Under the pieces are notes generated by a model, which had not been told where the DNA came from, ran no database searches, and saw only the letters and a list, made by a program, of their open reading frames with translations. The position numbers and the translations under genes are program-made. From Chloroflexota bacterium (GTDB lineage: Bacteria > Chloroflexota > Dehalococcoidia > Lucifugimonadales > JADFKI01), in the NCBI GenBank assembly GCA_027623195.1, contig JAQBUT010000043.1, forward strand, positions 1 through 16,204: a stretch of 16,204 nucleotides of DNA, written 5' to 3'. Shown here in pieces: positions 7,093 through 16,204 of this stretch. Every line of letters starts with the position of its first letter. Within the stretch, counting starts at the first letter, position 1.

Positions 7093-8070
7093 ATGCTGAA
7101 TACCAAGATTACCGATTTATTTGAAGTCGCCTATCCCATAATGTCCGCCCCTATGACCAGTCACAGCGGTGGTCAAATCGCCGCTGCTGTATCCCAGGCT
7201 GGCGGTCTGGGTAGCTTCGGTGGCATCAATGCGGGCGGTCCTGAATGGGTCCGGGAGCAGATCAGATATGTTCGGTCGCAGACGGACAAGCCCTTTGGAG
7301 TTGGGTTCATAACCCAATTCCTACCCGACTCGCAACAGAGTTTCCAGATGGCCTTGGATGAGAAGGTGCCCGTTATTTTCTTCTCTTTCGCCGACCCACA
7401 CCCGTGGGTGACCAGAGCTAAAGAAGCTGGCGCCATCGCCGTTTGTCAGGTCCAGAATTTGGAGGATGCCACTTACGCAGTGGATGCAGGTGCTGATGTC
7501 CTTGTGGTCCAGGGAAACGCGGCAGGAGGTCATACCGGCACAATGAACCTGCTACCGTTCCTCAGTCGCACCCTGGAGCAGTTCCCTCAGGTTCCTATTA
7601 TGGCCTCTGGAGGCATCTCCAGTGGACGGGCACTTGCTGCCGTATTAGCCGCTGGCGCTGAAGGTGCCTGCGTGGGCACGGCCTTCCTGGCGACTCCTGA
7701 GATTCTGGAGGTGCCTGACGCCTTCAAGGAACGTGTAGTCCTGAGCGATGGCCAAGACACTATTTTTACTAGGTTATACGACCTGTTGGGGGACAGCCCT
7801 TGGCCCCAGGGAGTAGCCGCCCGGGTGTATAGTAATCCCTTCGTCCGGAAGTGGGACGGACGCGACGACGAGATTCAGAAACGGCGGGAGGAACTTGCCT
7901 CAGATGCGGCAGAGGCGTGGGATAAACATGATACAGAGGTCGCCTCAGTGTATATGGGCCAGTCTGCTGCCAGCGTAGACTCGATTCGGCCGGCCGGGGA
8001 TGTTCTGCGGGATATATGTGACCAGGCCGAAGGTATCTTGCGTAAACGCTTCCGGGAATTGGGTTTTTAG
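7093..8070 (+). CDS. Nitronate monooxygenase / 2-nitropropane dioxygenase family FMN oxidoreductase
   Basis: YPIMSAPM, AAAVSQAGGLG, TDKPFGV, VQGNAAGGHTG (catalytic His), PIMASGGI, VGTAFLATPE and GQSA motifs. Confidence 0.9.
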   Translation: MLNTKITDLFEVAYPIMSAPMTSHSGGQIAAAVSQAGGLGSFGGINAGGPEWVREQIRYVRSQTDKPFGVGFITQFLPDSQQSFQMALDEKVPVIFFSFADPHPWVTRAKEAGAIAVCQVQNLEDATYAVDAGADVLVVQGNAAGGHTGTMNLLPFLSRTLEQFPQVPIMASGGISSGRALAAVLAAGAEGACVGTAFLATPEILEVPDAFKERVVLSDGQDTIFTRLYDLLGDSPWPQGVAARVYSNPFVRKWDGRDDEIQKRREELASDAAEAWDKHDTEVASVYMGQSAASVDSIRPAGDVLRDICDQAEGILRKRFRELGF

Positions 8071-8130
8071 GCCCGGCCTTTTTGTCATCCAAAACGGGAC
8101 CGAAGTAAGCAATCGCTGCACTAGGAGGCC

Positions 8131-8239
8131 GCGCCAAAAGCCAAGGTAACGGCATATCCTTGGAAAGAGCAAGTGGAGGTTATCGCCAAGACAATGGGCT
8201 AGGTGCGCGACATCTTACTACCGCATCAACCCGACACAA
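8131..8239 (+). pseudogene. Relic 3' end of an alpha/beta hydrolase; diverged direct repeat of 6836-6944
   Basis: Ungapped 109-bp match to 6836-6944, 89/109 identical by hand count. Translates as APKAKVTAYPWKEQVEVIAKTMG*VRDILLPHQPDT with TAG at 8200-8202. Confidence 0.85.
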
Positions 8240-8321
8240 CAGCCCTCCGAAACGGGCAGGTGGTGTCTCCATATCGCAAGGTGGCAATTTCATGATGCCA
8301 CTAATTTGAGGAGCATACATC

Positions 8322-9419
8322 ATGGCAAACAAGATTCGCCTGGGGTTCGTCGGAGCTAACGTTAGCTCGACCTGGTCATCCCAGTCCCACTTTCCAGCGC
8401 TAATGGCCAGTCCAGACGTCGAGCTAACCGCCGTTTGCACCTCCAGACCGGAAAGCGCAGAAGAGGCACGGAAAGCGTTTGGAGCGAAGCTCGCCTTCCA
8501 CGATTTTAAAGAAATGGTGTCGTCGCCAGAGATAGACGCCGTGGCCGTAGTCGTGCGGGTGCCATCGCACTATGAACCAACAAAGGCCGCCATCGAAGCC
8601 GGCAAGCACGTCTACACCGAGTGGCCGCTGGGCCGCACTACCGCCGAAGCCGAAGAACTGGCAACGCTGGCGCGGGCCAAAGGGGTGCAGACGGCGGTCG
8701 GACTGCAATCGCGGGTCAGTCCTGCGTTGCTATATATCAAGGAGCTAATCGATACTGGTTACGTGGGTGATGTGATGTCCTGTAATGTCACCACGTTTCG
8801 CGGCGGCGCATTGCAACGCCCTTCAGGCCACACCTGGCAGCGCGATATCAGCCTCGGCGCGAACACCCTGACTATCGCCAACGGGCATGTCATTGACGCC
8901 CTGCGCTTCGTGGCGGGTAACTTCACGCGGGTAGCGTGCATGGTCACGACCCAGGCACCGCAATGGTACGAGACGGATACTCAGCAGTTTGTGGAGGTCA
9001 CCTCCCCGGACAATGTGCGAGTGTGCGGACAGCTAGAGAGCGGAGCGGCTGCGGCGGTCCATGTCGCGGCGGTCCCCTACGCAGGCAACGGCTTTCGAAT
9101 GGAGATCTACGGGCGGGAGGGTACGCTGGTCACCACCGGTAGCGTCTCGTCGCAGCGCGGTGAAATGCTGCGGGTGCAAGGCGCACAGAGAGGCAACGAG
9201 TTGAGTGACCTGACCATACCCGAGCGTTTCGTATATGTCCCGGACGACTTCCCCCGAGGCGATCCGTTTAACGTCGGGCAGATGTACGCCCTGTTCGCTG
9301 AGGCGATCCGGACTGGGCAGAACCGCCTGCCGACCTTCGATACCGCTGTTGACCTACATCGCTTTATTGACACGATCAAGCAGGCTTCGGATACGGGCCG
9401 GGAACTGCCTGTCGTTTAA
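8322..9419 (+). CDS. Gfo/Idh/MocA family oxidoreductase (Gal80-like subgroup)
   Basis: IRLGFVGA, IDAVAVVV, AGKHVYTEWPL (EWP in place of EKP), ANTLTIANGHVIDAL, EIYGREG, PTFDTA. SD GAGGAG at 8308-8313. Confidence 0.9.
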   Translation: MANKIRLGFVGANVSSTWSSQSHFPALMASPDVELTAVCTSRPESAEEARKAFGAKLAFHDFKEMVSSPEIDAVAVVVRVPSHYEPTKAAIEAGKHVYTEWPLGRTTAEAEELATLARAKGVQTAVGLQSRVSPALLYIKELIDTGYVGDVMSCNVTTFRGGALQRPSGHTWQRDISLGANTLTIANGHVIDALRFVAGNFTRVACMVTTQAPQWYETDTQQFVEVTSPDNVRVCGQLESGAAAAVHVAAVPYAGNGFRMEIYGREGTLVTTGSVSSQRGEMLRVQGAQRGNELSDLTIPERFVYVPDDFPRGDPFNVGQMYALFAEAIRTGQNRLPTFDTAVDLHRFIDTIKQASDTGRELPVV

Positions 9420-9476
9420 AGGGACATATTCATAAAAAACCGGATAAACCAAACTCGCCAATGGAGGACAATCCCT

Positions 9477-10232
9477 ATGCCTTTCTACGAAAGAGGAGAC
9501 GTTCATATCTACTACGAAGAGGTCGGTTCGGGCTTCCCACTGCTTATCATTCCTGGTGGTGGACTCAATTCCAAAGTGTCGTCATTGCAGACTTCTGTAC
9601 CCTTTAACCCTATGGAAAGGTATAAAGACGACTTCCGCTGCATCTCTGCCGACCTTCGAAACGCCAATGATGGCCAGTCCAGCGGCCCGTTGGAGATCGA
9701 CCGCCCCTGGGATGCCTACTCAGACGACCATCTAGGGCTGATGGATCACCTCGGCATCCGGGAGTTCCTGGTGATGGGCTTTTGCATCGGCGGGCCGATG
9801 ATCCACAATCTTTTGAGGTTGGCGCCGGAGCGCGTCGTTGCGGCCGCATTGATGCAGCCCAGCGGATTCAGCCCCGAGCACCCGGACATTTTCTACCAGA
9901 ACAACATAAAGGGCTGGGGGCCACCATTATGCGAGAAGCACCCTGAAGTCACGATGGCCATGGTCCATGACTTCCTCACCAACATGTACACAGATCGCGC
10001 TGACTTTGTATTCACCGTTACCCGCGACTTCGTGCGATCATTGCAAACGCCGCTGCTGGTAGCGCCTGACAACATACCCGCGCACCCCTATGCCGCCGCA
10101 ATGGAGGTCGCTAACCTCGCCCCGAACTCCGAGGTGACCATTTTCCCCTGGAAGGACACGCAGCCGCACATCGACGAGGTCGTAGAACACGCGCGACGCT
10201 TCCTCAAGACGCACGAACCCAACACAGACTAG
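9477..10232 (+). CDS. Alpha/beta-hydrolase fold protein with a Cys nucleophile elbow (paralog 2)
   Basis: Colinear with paralog 1 (YEEVGSGFPLL, PGGGLNS, GQSSGP, GFCIGGP, FVFTVTRDFVRS, PAH, FPWK). SD GGAGG upstream. Confidence 0.88.
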   Translation: MPFYERGDVHIYYEEVGSGFPLLIIPGGGLNSKVSSLQTSVPFNPMERYKDDFRCISADLRNANDGQSSGPLEIDRPWDAYSDDHLGLMDHLGIREFLVMGFCIGGPMIHNLLRLAPERVVAAALMQPSGFSPEHPDIFYQNNIKGWGPPLCEKHPEVTMAMVHDFLTNMYTDRADFVFTVTRDFVRSLQTPLLVAPDNIPAHPYAAAMEVANLAPNSEVTIFPWKDTQPHIDEVVEHARRFLKTHEPNTD

Positions 10233-10263
10233 GAATTCTGAATCCTAAGTTTAGCTTTACATG

Positions 10264-10302
10264 CGAGAGAGGCACCTATCTAGATAGATGCCTCTCTCGT
10301 TT
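10264..10302. terminator. Long near-perfect palindrome between convergent genes (probable bidirectional terminator)
   Basis: CGAGAGAGGCA (10264-10274) / TGCCTCTCTCG (10289-10299) with inner CTATC/GATAG, followed by TTT. Confidence 0.7.
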
Positions 10303-10331
10303 ACTGGGGTATGTATATCGTACCCTTGAGC

Positions 10332-10352
10332 CGGCTGAATTAGTTTCAGCCG
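10332..10352. terminator. Second hairpin downstream of the aldolase gene
   Basis: CGGCTGAA / TTCAGCCG with a 5-nt loop, about 25 nt past the aldolase stop; no clear U tract. Confidence 0.4.
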
Positions 10353-10376
10353 AGAAGAGTAATTTGCACTTGGGTA

Positions 10377-11129
10377 TTACCTCTTTATGCTACCAAGGCC
10401 ATTCTGGACGCCTTCCAGGGCCCATTTGGCCCAAGGCATGGTAAAGAACTTGAAGCCCTTATCGACGAAGAAATTGGGGTCCATTTGTGGCGGGATGAAG
10501 TACATACCCGGAACCACTCCATGGTTTTTGCAGGCGGCTGCAATTTTGTCCAAACCTGCCTGGTACGTGTCGCTCTCATAATCAAGAGGCACACCAAGCT
10601 CAATGGAGAGATCTGAGGGTCCAATTAAGAGTACGTCTATCCTTGAAACGCTGAGGATTTCGTCTATGTTGTCGATAGCTTGTTGCGTCTCGATCATCGG
10701 AATAATTAAGACTTCCTCATTAAACGTGTCCAGATATTCCCGATAGTCTTTAGTCTCACCCCATTCACCACGGACACCTGCGTTGCTGCGATCACCAAGT
10801 GGTGAGTACTGGCAGGCCCTCACCATTGCCATGGCCTCCTCCTTTGTGTTGACCATCGGCACGATGATGCCTCTTGCGCCTATGTCCAGAGCGAAGCAGA
10901 TTAGGTCAGGGCGGTTTGCACTTACCCGGACGATCGGTGCGGCCTTCTTTCCGCGCATTGCCTGCACGGAGCGGTTATACTGCTTGACCTCCACAGCTGC
11001 ATGTTGGGTATCAAAAAGAATGAAATCTAAACCGGAATCCGCCAACATGGCCATATTGTCCTCAAACACAGACCCGGATGTGCCGACAACGGTTTTCCCA
11101 GACTTCAAAAGATCTCTCACAGCATTCAT
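10377..11129 (-). CDS. HpcH/HpaI family (class II pyruvate) aldolase
   Basis: GLDFILFDTQH, PIVRV, ALDIGARGIIVPMVNT, YSPLGDRS, PMIET, IDVLLIGPSDLS motifs. SD GAGG upstream. Confidence 0.92.
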   Translation of the reverse strand: MNAVRDLLKSGKTVVGTSGSVFEDNMAMLADSGLDFILFDTQHAAVEVKQYNRSVQAMRGKKAAPIVRVSANRPDLICFALDIGARGIIVPMVNTKEEAMAMVRACQYSPLGDRSNAGVRGEWGETKDYREYLDTFNEEVLIIPMIETQQAIDNIDEILSVSRIDVLLIGPSDLSIELGVPLDYESDTYQAGLDKIAAACKNHGVVPGMYFIPPQMDPNFFVDKGFKFFTMPWAKWALEGVQNGLGSIKR

Positions 11130-11392
11130 TTGATAAAACCTCTCATCTCTATAGCGTTAATTCTAGTCCAATCCCTAATGGTCCCTTCAAGGGTGAACTT
11201 TGATAACCGAAACCATATTACACGAAATACAAGGAGGGTGGTTCCAGGATGGGTTTTGTAGCACATCACAACTGCTGACTACAACTGTTCAACCAGACGA
11301 AAGTGCATGATAGAACCGATTCCAACTGCGTCACGCCCCTACTCCCCACGAGATTGAATACGTCTGGATAATCCAATGTTGAGGTCCGTATC

Positions 11393-11445
11393 CCCATCAT
11401 TCCACCAAATTTCCTAGTGAACTATAATACTGCTGGAATGATGGG
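11393..11445 (+). promoter_or_regulatory. Putative icd promoter (-10 TATAAT) bracketed by perfect 12-bp inverted repeats
   Basis: CCCATCATTCCA (11393-11404), TATAAT (11423-11428), TGGAATGATGGG (11434-11445). Confidence 0.6.
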
Positions 11446-11536
11446 ATTTAACTCATGTTGCTGAGATTACAATTAACACATCTTGGCGACTCGCAGCAGC
11501 CTGTGAAACCTGTTCATTAAGGAGAAGAAAAGGAAT

Positions 11537-13765
11537 ATGCCAGAAGCATCCCCGATTATTTATACCAAGATTGATGAGGCTCCGGCTCTTGCCACGCACT
11601 CGTTGCTCCCGATTCTCCAGGCCTTTACCAAGGGGTCTGGCGTTGAACTTGAGGCCTGGGATATCTCGTTGACTGGCCGCATCGTCGCCAATTTCCCGGA
11701 CAATCTAACAGATGAGCAGAAAATCCCCGATTATCTGACCATGGCTTCTGAGTTGTGTGAGGACCCGGCGGCGAACATTATCAAGCTCCCCAATATCAGC
11801 GCCTCTATTCCCCAGCTTAAAAGCGCGATCAAGGAATTGCAGGACAAGGGATATAAAATTCCCGACTACCCCGATGAGCCTTCAACCGATGAAGAACGAC
11901 AACTACAAGCACGCTTTTCCAGGGTGTTGGGTAGTGCGGTCAACCCGGTCCTGCGAGAAGGGAACTCCGACCGACGGTCGGCAACCTCGGTCAGAGAGCA
12001 CGGCAAGCGCAATCCCCATCGGATGATGAAGGACTGGCCGGAAGTGTCCAAAACCCGCGTTGCTCACATGACCAGTGGTGATTTCTACGGTAGTGAGAAG
12101 GCTGTGACGGTGGCCGCATCGGGGTCGGCTGCAATCGAGTATGTAGACGGCAATGGTGGCGTGTCCGTACTCAAGTCCGATATCCCCCTGGTGGCTGATG
12201 AAATCATCGATTGTGGCGTGATGAATGTGAAAAAGCTTCGCCAGTTTTACGCTGACGAAATGGACAAAGCTAAAGCCGATGGCGTGCTGCTTTCTTTGCA
12301 TCTGAAATCGACCATGATGCGCGTGTCCGACCCGATTATCTTCGGCCATTGCGTTTCGGTCTACTACAAAGACGTATTGACCAAACACGCGGCTGTGTTT
12401 GGTGAGCTTGGGGTGAATCCCGACAACGGAGTGGCTGAACTCTATACGAAAATTCAATCTCTGCCGGAAGCCAAACGCGCGGAAATCGAGGCAGATATCA
12501 AGGCGGTTTATGACTCCCGTCCAATGCTCATGATGGTGAACTCAAACCGAGGAATCACCAATCTGCACGTGCCGAGCGATGTGATTATCGATGCCACCAT
12601 GCCCGTGATCGTCCGCGATGGCGGCCGCACGTGGGGTCCGGATAACGAGTTGCACGACACGATCGCGATGATTCCTGATCGCTCTTACGCAACTCTATAC
12701 CAGGCGATCATCGAAGACTGCCAGAAGCATGGGGCCTTTGATCCGTCTACCATCGGCAGCGTCGCCAACGTTGGACTAATGGCTCAAAAGGCCGAAGAGT
12801 ATGGGTCTCACGACAAGACTTTTACAGCTCCTGGTGACGGGACTATTCGGGTCGTGGACGCATCCGGTACAACTCTGATGGAACAGAGCGTTGAGGAAGG
12901 CGATATCTTTCGGATGTGCCAGACCAAAGACGCGGCGATCCAGGACTGGGTGAAACTTGGGGTTAATCGGGCCAGGGCCACAGGCTCACCAGCCATCATT
13001 TGGTTGAACCCGGACCGGGCTCATGACGCTGAGTTAATTAAGAAGGTGGATCGATATTTGCCCACGCACGACACAGCCGGGCTGGACATCCGCACCATGT
13101 CCCCCATAGACGCTATGGAGTTTACCATGGCGCGAAGCAGGGCTGGTCAGGACACGATTTCTGTGACTGGCAACATACTACGTGATTACTTAACTGATCT
13201 CTTCCCGATCCTGGAACTGGGCACGAGCGCCAAGATGCTTTCTGTTGTTCCCCTGCTTAAAGGCGGTGGGATGTTTGAGACGGGTGCTGGTGGGTCGGCT
13301 CCAAGACATGTACAGCAGTTCCTGGAAGAGGGTCACTTGCGGTGGGATTCTCTGGGTGAATTCTGTGCCCTCGTCGCTTCCTTCGAGCATTTCGGCGAAG
13401 TGAATAAGAACGACAGGGCGAAGCTCTTGGCTGAAACCCTGGATCAAGCGATTGGCCAGTATTTGGATAACAACCGGTCGCCATCGCGTCGGGTGAATGA
13501 ACTGGACACCCGAGGCAGTCATTTTTACCTCGCCATGTACTGGGCAGAAGCCCTGGCCAAACAGACACAAGATCTAGAGCTGCAATCTCGCTTTACTAAA
13601 GTGGCCCAGCAGTTGGCCGACAACGAAGGCAAGATAGTTCAGGAGTTGAATGGCGCTCAAGGACAGCCGGTAGACATCGGTGGTTATTACCATCCCAATG
13701 ATGAACTAGCCGCCAAAGCCATGCGCCCCAGCGCCACTCTGAATGCGATCCTAGACGCAATCTAG
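11537..13765 (+). CDS. icd: Monomeric NADP-dependent isocitrate dehydrogenase
   Basis: 742 aa with [108 protein letters not shown](G) upstream. Confidence 0.97.
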   Translation: MPEASPIIYTKIDEAPALATHSLLPILQAFTKGSGVELEAWDISLTGRIVANFPDNLTDEQKIPDYLTMASELCEDPAANIIKLPNISASIPQLKSAIKELQDKGYKIPDYPDEPSTDEERQLQARFSRVLGSAVNPVLREGNSDRRSATSVREHGKRNPHRMMKDWPEVSKTRVAHMTSGDFYGSEKAVTVAASGSAAIEYVDGNGGVSVLKSDIPLVADEIIDCGVMNVKKLRQFYADEMDKAKADGVLLSLHLKSTMMRVSDPIIFGHCVSVYYKDVLTKHAAVFGELGVNPDNGVAELYTKIQSLPEAKRAEIEADIKAVYDSRPMLMMVNSNRGITNLHVPSDVIIDATMPVIVRDGGRTWGPDNELHDTIAMIPDRSYATLYQAIIEDCQKHGAFDPSTIGSVANVGLMAQKAEEYGSHDKTFTAPGDGTIRVVDASGTTLMEQSVEEGDIFRMCQTKDAAIQDWVKLGVNRARATGSPAIIWLNPDRAHDAELIKKVDRYLPTHDTAGLDIRTMSPIDAMEFTMARSRAGQDTISVTGNILRDYLTDLFPILELGTSAKMLSVVPLLKGGGMFETGAGGSAPRHVQQFLEEGHLRWDSLGEFCALVASFEHFGEVNKNDRAKLLAETLDQAIGQYLDNNRSPSRRVNELDTRGSHFYLAMYWAEALAKQTQDLELQSRFTKVAQQLADNEGKIVQELNGAQGQPVDIGGYYHPNDELAAKAMRPSATLNAILDAI

Positions 13766-13771
13766 TAATAC

Positions 13772-13807
13772 ACCGACTGGCTGGGGCGTTGTCCTCAGCC
13801 AGTCGGT
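13772..13807 (+). terminator. Strong hairpin immediately after icd
   Basis: ACCGACTGGCTG (13772-13783) / CAGCCAGTCGGT (13796-13807) plus 3 further pairs; weak U-rich tail (TGATATTTGT). Confidence 0.65.
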
Positions 13808-14160
13808 TGATATTTGTATGGGGGTAAGGGCTGAAAGCTGCTCCCTTAGACCCATCTATTCTGCAGAAACGACTTTCCTCACCTGACGACCCACTGGCTT
13901 CGCTACACATTTGCCACAGTGCGACAATTTGTTCGCTGGACTGCTTTGACCTGATCACCGATTGCCAGTCCACAACAAATGAATCAACACCGCCAATTGC
14001 CTTGCACGTAGACACCTCATAAGACACGATTATCACGGTAGGATTCCCAAGACTAGAGGACTTAGACATCGGTCTAGTTCACGTATTATTTTTGATAATC
14101 AGGCATCATATATGAGGTGATTACCATGCAATCTCACATTCGGTTGAGGCCCCTCCTTAC

Positions 14161-16191
14161 ATGAGGCCGGCGATGCCTATCAGCAGCCAGAGCAAACTTA
14201 TCCAACGGTCGGGACATTATATCCGGGCTATGGCTCCCCTCATTAAAGCCTACGTCCCTGTTATATTGTGGCGAACGGCAAGTAGAATTCCTGCGCCCGT
14301 CGCGGCTTTTGCCTTCGTCATTCTGTTCCTCCTCATCTTCCACCCTATAGCGCCTTTGTACGACCTTTTCGTAGTGCCTATTGTCCTTAGCGGGAGAAAA
14401 GGGATTAGATTCGGGCTTTTGGCAGCGGCGATAAGCATGCTCTCCTTCTCACTCATTCGGTGGATTAGTTTTGGCTCCATTCTTCCGCCTGAATCCGCGT
14501 CATATGTTTACGCCACCTGGGAACTCTTTCTCATAATAGGAGTCTTTGCGGGAGTCCTTTTTGCATACCTCAACCGTTTGCAGAACCGCGTCAATCGAGC
14601 AGAGGGTGTGGCCGTACGAAGGGCCCAATCACTGGCTGAGCTAGGTCGAATAATCGGCACTCTTAACGTGTTAGAGGAGGATTTCGACACCCTGGCCAAT
14701 GAACTGTCTAACCTAATAAAATTTGACAGGTTCGCTCTCGTCACATATAGCTCGGATGATAATAAGAAAGAAACGAAATTTACCTCTGGTGTTTCAATTC
14801 CTGAAGTTAATGATGTAGAGGCCGCACTTTGGATAGAGCCACAATCAGACCAGCCGAAGAAATTCGGTGAGGGAACAATAACGATCACACGCTCAATTCA
14901 AGAGTTCCAGCAGGCATTCCCCACCTTAGACGGTTCTCAATTTGCTGGATTAGCGAGCCGCCTGTGCGTTCCGATAGTCCAAAAGAATAGTACGGTTGGT
15001 CGCCTGATATTTAGATCGTATGACCCTGATGCGTATTCACGGCACGACCTGGACTTAGGGCAGAGTATCGCTCACTCGATTGCTGGCGCGATAGCCTCTT
15101 ACCAGCATTATGTAATGCTAAAGGAAGAGACTGCGGAGCGATTGGCATTGGCACGAATAAGCCAGATCATCTCTTCATCCCTTGATATTGATGAAATATA
15201 TGAAAAATTCGTCGAAGAAGTGCACAAGCTCATTCCATTTGACCGCATAGTTATTAGCCTGATCGATGTGGAAAACCAGACTGTGCAGGACACGTATATA
15301 GCTGGCCTTCAGGTGCCTAATCGACGGTCAGATGACATCTATCCTCTTTCTGGATCCTTTGCCGATCTTGCCCTGAACAAGGGATCGGTCTTGCTTATCC
15401 AGAAGGCGGAGGACTTAGAAGATATCGACAATGGCGTCTTCATGTTCATGCCTTGCTACGAATCCGGCATTAGGTCGTTTCTTACAGTTTCCTTGATATT
15501 AAACGACCGGGTCATTGGAGCTTTGCACCTTCGGTCACTTCAACCCGAGGCATATACCAGGAAGGACGTCGCACTAGCCGAAAGCGTCGGCGCTCAAATC
15601 GCCGGAGCCATAGCCGGTTCTCAAATATATTCGGAGTTGAGAATTGCCGAGCAGGCTTTACAAGATGCCCAGGAGCAGTTAGAGCAGCGGGTGAAGGACC
15701 GCACCGTCAAGCTTTCTAAAGCCAATAATTTATTGCAACAAGAAATTACCGAACGTAAACAGATGGAGGATAACCTCCTGAAGGCCGCAGCAAAGATCAA
15801 CGCCCAGGCCTCAGAACTTACGATTACCAACGCCCGATTGACTAAGGCGAACCAGGCTAAGGCCGAGTTATTGGCGCATGTGTCTCACGAACTACAGACC
15901 CCTCTAAACGCTGCATTGGGGTTTGCCCGGCTCCTGACCGAGCCAGCCTTCGGTACTCTTGCACCACGGCAGCAGCATTTCGTAGATAACATCTTGGAGG
16001 CAGGGCATGATTTACTCCATTTGATCAACGACATTATCGACGCCTCCCGAATTGAGTCAGGTCGAATGCAATTGGACATATCCGATGTGGACGTCGGTGG
16101 GTGGGTATCATCCTGCATTCGAATTCTTAATGCATATCCATCAGGTAAATTCTACAGGCAGCATCACATTGTTTACGATTTCCAAAGGTGA
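14161..16191 (+). CDS. Membrane-anchored GAF-GAF-HisKA sensor kinase lacking an in-frame HATPase domain (truncated or pseudogene). Start codon uncertain
   Basis: Hydrophobic N-terminal segments, two homologous GAF repeats (FDR...AY...DL/DV..IAGAIA), coiled coil LEQRVKDRT, H-box VSHELQTPLNA (His codon 15886-15888) and LINDIIDASRIESG. TGA at 16189-16191 comes before any intact N/G1/G2 box. Confidence 0.8.
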   Translation: MRPAMPISSQSKLIQRSGHYIRAMAPLIKAYVPVILWRTASRIPAPVAAFAFVILFLLIFHPIAPLYDLFVVPIVLSGRKGIRFGLLAAAISMLSFSLIRWISFGSILPPESASYVYATWELFLIIGVFAGVLFAYLNRLQNRVNRAEGVAVRRAQSLAELGRIIGTLNVLEEDFDTLANELSNLIKFDRFALVTYSSDDNKKETKFTSGVSIPEVNDVEAALWIEPQSDQPKKFGEGTITITRSIQEFQQAFPTLDGSQFAGLASRLCVPIVQKNSTVGRLIFRSYDPDAYSRHDLDLGQSIAHSIAGAIASYQHYVMLKEETAERLALARISQIISSSLDIDEIYEKFVEEVHKLIPFDRIVISLIDVENQTVQDTYIAGLQVPNRRSDDIYPLSGSFADLALNKGSVLLIQKAEDLEDIDNGVFMFMPCYESGIRSFLTVSLILNDRVIGALHLRSLQPEAYTRKDVALAESVGAQIAGAIAGSQIYSELRIAEQALQDAQEQLEQRVKDRTVKLSKANNLLQQEITERKQMEDNLLKAAAKINAQASELTITNARLTKANQAKAELLAHVSHELQTPLNAALGFARLLTEPAFGTLAPRQQHFVDNILEAGHDLLHLINDIIDASRIESGRMQLDISDVDVGGWVSSCIRILNAYPSGKFYRQHHIVYDFQR

Positions 16192-16204
16192 TGGGGATTC
16201 GGCG

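Noticed and set aside
8069..8083. AGGCC-C-GGCCT-TTTT as a terminator after the NMO gene
   Set aside because: At most a 4-bp stem with a feasible loop; too weak
13596..14069. 157-aa minus-strand ORF
   Set aside because: Overlaps the icd 3' end and its terminator hairpin; no recognisable domain
1..16204. CRISPR array, IS/transposase, integrase, rRNA or known defence genes
   Set aside because: No regularly spaced repeats, transposase or recombinase motifs, or rRNA-like sequence were seen

Overview
Bacterial window with three parts. (1) The left ~2.2 kb looks like the edge of a mobile or plasmid-like element. It holds a Zn-finger/TOPRIM (DUF3854-like) primase ORF that continues, after a frameshift inside its Walker A motif, into an unlisted reading frame encoding an SF2-like helicase with four Cys in an XPD/DinG-like Fe-S position. 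Its upstream leader is structured: an SD/AUG-sequestering hairpin and iteron-like repeats. (2) Next come a degenerate YwbE-like gene, the ABC-F ATPase Uup, a small pseudogene, and a catabolic-looking cluster: atypical SDR, two paralogous Cys-nucleophile alpha/beta hydrolases, a nitronate monooxygenase-family flavoprotein, a Gal80-like Gfo/Idh/MocA oxidoreductase and an HpcH/HpaI aldolase. A 109-bp relic of a third hydrolase copy suggests a past insertion or replacement event. (3) The right end carries monomeric NADP-isocitrate dehydrogenase, whose promoter is bracketed by 12-bp inverted repeats, and a TM-GAF-GAF-HisKA kinase that stops before its ATPase domain. Gene content is reminiscent of Chloroflexota (Dehalococcoidia/SAR202), but that is inference only. 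No rRNA, tRNA, CRISPR or IS was seen. All family calls come from motif recognition; no searches were run.
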